A stretch of 64,000 nucleotides of DNA from Eledone cirrhosa (Eukaryota): contig OZ024759.1 in the NCBI GenBank assembly GCA_964016885.1, forward strand, positions 23,250,001 to 23,314,000, written 5' to 3'. The notes beneath the pieces were generated by a model that saw nothing but the letters and a program-made list of their open reading frames with translations, made no database searches and was not told where the DNA came from. Made by a program: the position numbers and the translations under genes. This document shows, piece after piece, positions 63,047-64,000 of this stretch. Positions within the stretch are counted from its first letter, which is position 1; each line of letters begins with the position of its first letter.

Positions 63047-64000
63047 AGTGCCCAGATCTCACTACTATGTAACATTGCTGTTTGTATACAAGCATCATAT
63101 AATCTGTCCTTCATTTTTATGGAGAAACCTTTTGTAGCCAACAGCGGTATTAGTTCTCTGAACTTTTCCCAGCCCGTTCTTACTCTGGCTACTGTACTTT
63201 CAGAACACCCTCCTCCACTGCTGATTTCATCACTCAGGTAACAGAAAGTGTCTACTACTCCTATAGAACCATCTGAGCAATTGAAGGAGCTAGTATCCTG
63301 TGGGCACTTGCTACTTACTGCACCTGAGCATCAGCCACATATAAAACCTACATTCTTAGATAGCTTGCCTGTGACCCCACTACGTCTTTTATGTACTCAT
63401 AGCTTGCATTTGGGACATAGAATGGAATTTCTACCTACTCATTTCCTACACACTGAGCAAGGCCATTTCTCAGAGGAAATCTGGGTCCTAGTTTCCTTTC
63501 TACATACTAGAACTTTAGTTTTAGACAAGTTAATTTTAAGACCTTTTGATTGTAGACCATGCTTCCAGGTTTGGAATTTCCTCTCTAGTTCTGCCATAGT
63601 TTCAGCTATGAGAGTTAGATCATCTGCATATAGAAGTTCCCACGGGCAGCCAGTCTTAAACTCTTCTGCTATAGCCTGTTGGGCAATAATAAACAGGAGG
63701 GAGCAAAGGACAGAACCTTTGTGAACACATACTTTTATGCTAAATTCTTCACTATATTCATTGTTAATTCTAACCTTGCTGACTGTTCCTCTATACATGG
63801 CTTGTATAGCTTTCACAAGCCACTCACCTACTTCTAGTTTTCTTAGAGCCTACTAGAAAGGGGGACTTTATCAAAGGCTTTCTCAAAGTCAACAAAAGCT
63901 AACTAGAGGGGTTTACTTTTAGCTCCTGTAGTCGCCTTACAAGGAAGAGAGCATCCATGGTAATTTTACCTGGCAGATTCCAAACTGCATTTCATCTAGG
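63047..64000 (-). mobile_element. Degenerate RTE LINE RT fragment with PHD-like finger
   Basis: [28 protein letters not shown]; stops present. Confidence 0.87.

Overview
AT-rich, repeat-dense animal genomic DNA. The SINE and RTE repertoire looks like an octopod cephalopod, which is an inference. One large minus-strand gene crosses the whole window; its start and stop lie outside. I traced 35 GT-AG exons (8269 nt, about 2756 codons) whose splice phases join into one open frame. The protein is VWDE-like and built from three tandem copies of a ~1000-aa module: LamG/pentraxin-like, Ig-like, VWD, Cys-rich, EGF, IPT/TIG-like, Cys-rich. Module 3 carries an extra 18-bp-repeat mucin exon. In module 2, one 1691-nt exon replaces what are 8-9 exons in module 3, which points to concerted intron loss inside a single repeat. 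The introns hold RTE LINEs (PHD-finger type and Rex3/Expander-like), CRE, R4/Dong, CR1 and Ingi-like LINE ends, and two tRNA-derived SINE families. They also hold piggyBac and TcMar MITEs, minisatellites, fold-back palindromes, and Penelope-type hammerhead ribozyme motifs, one with a complete core on the sense strand.
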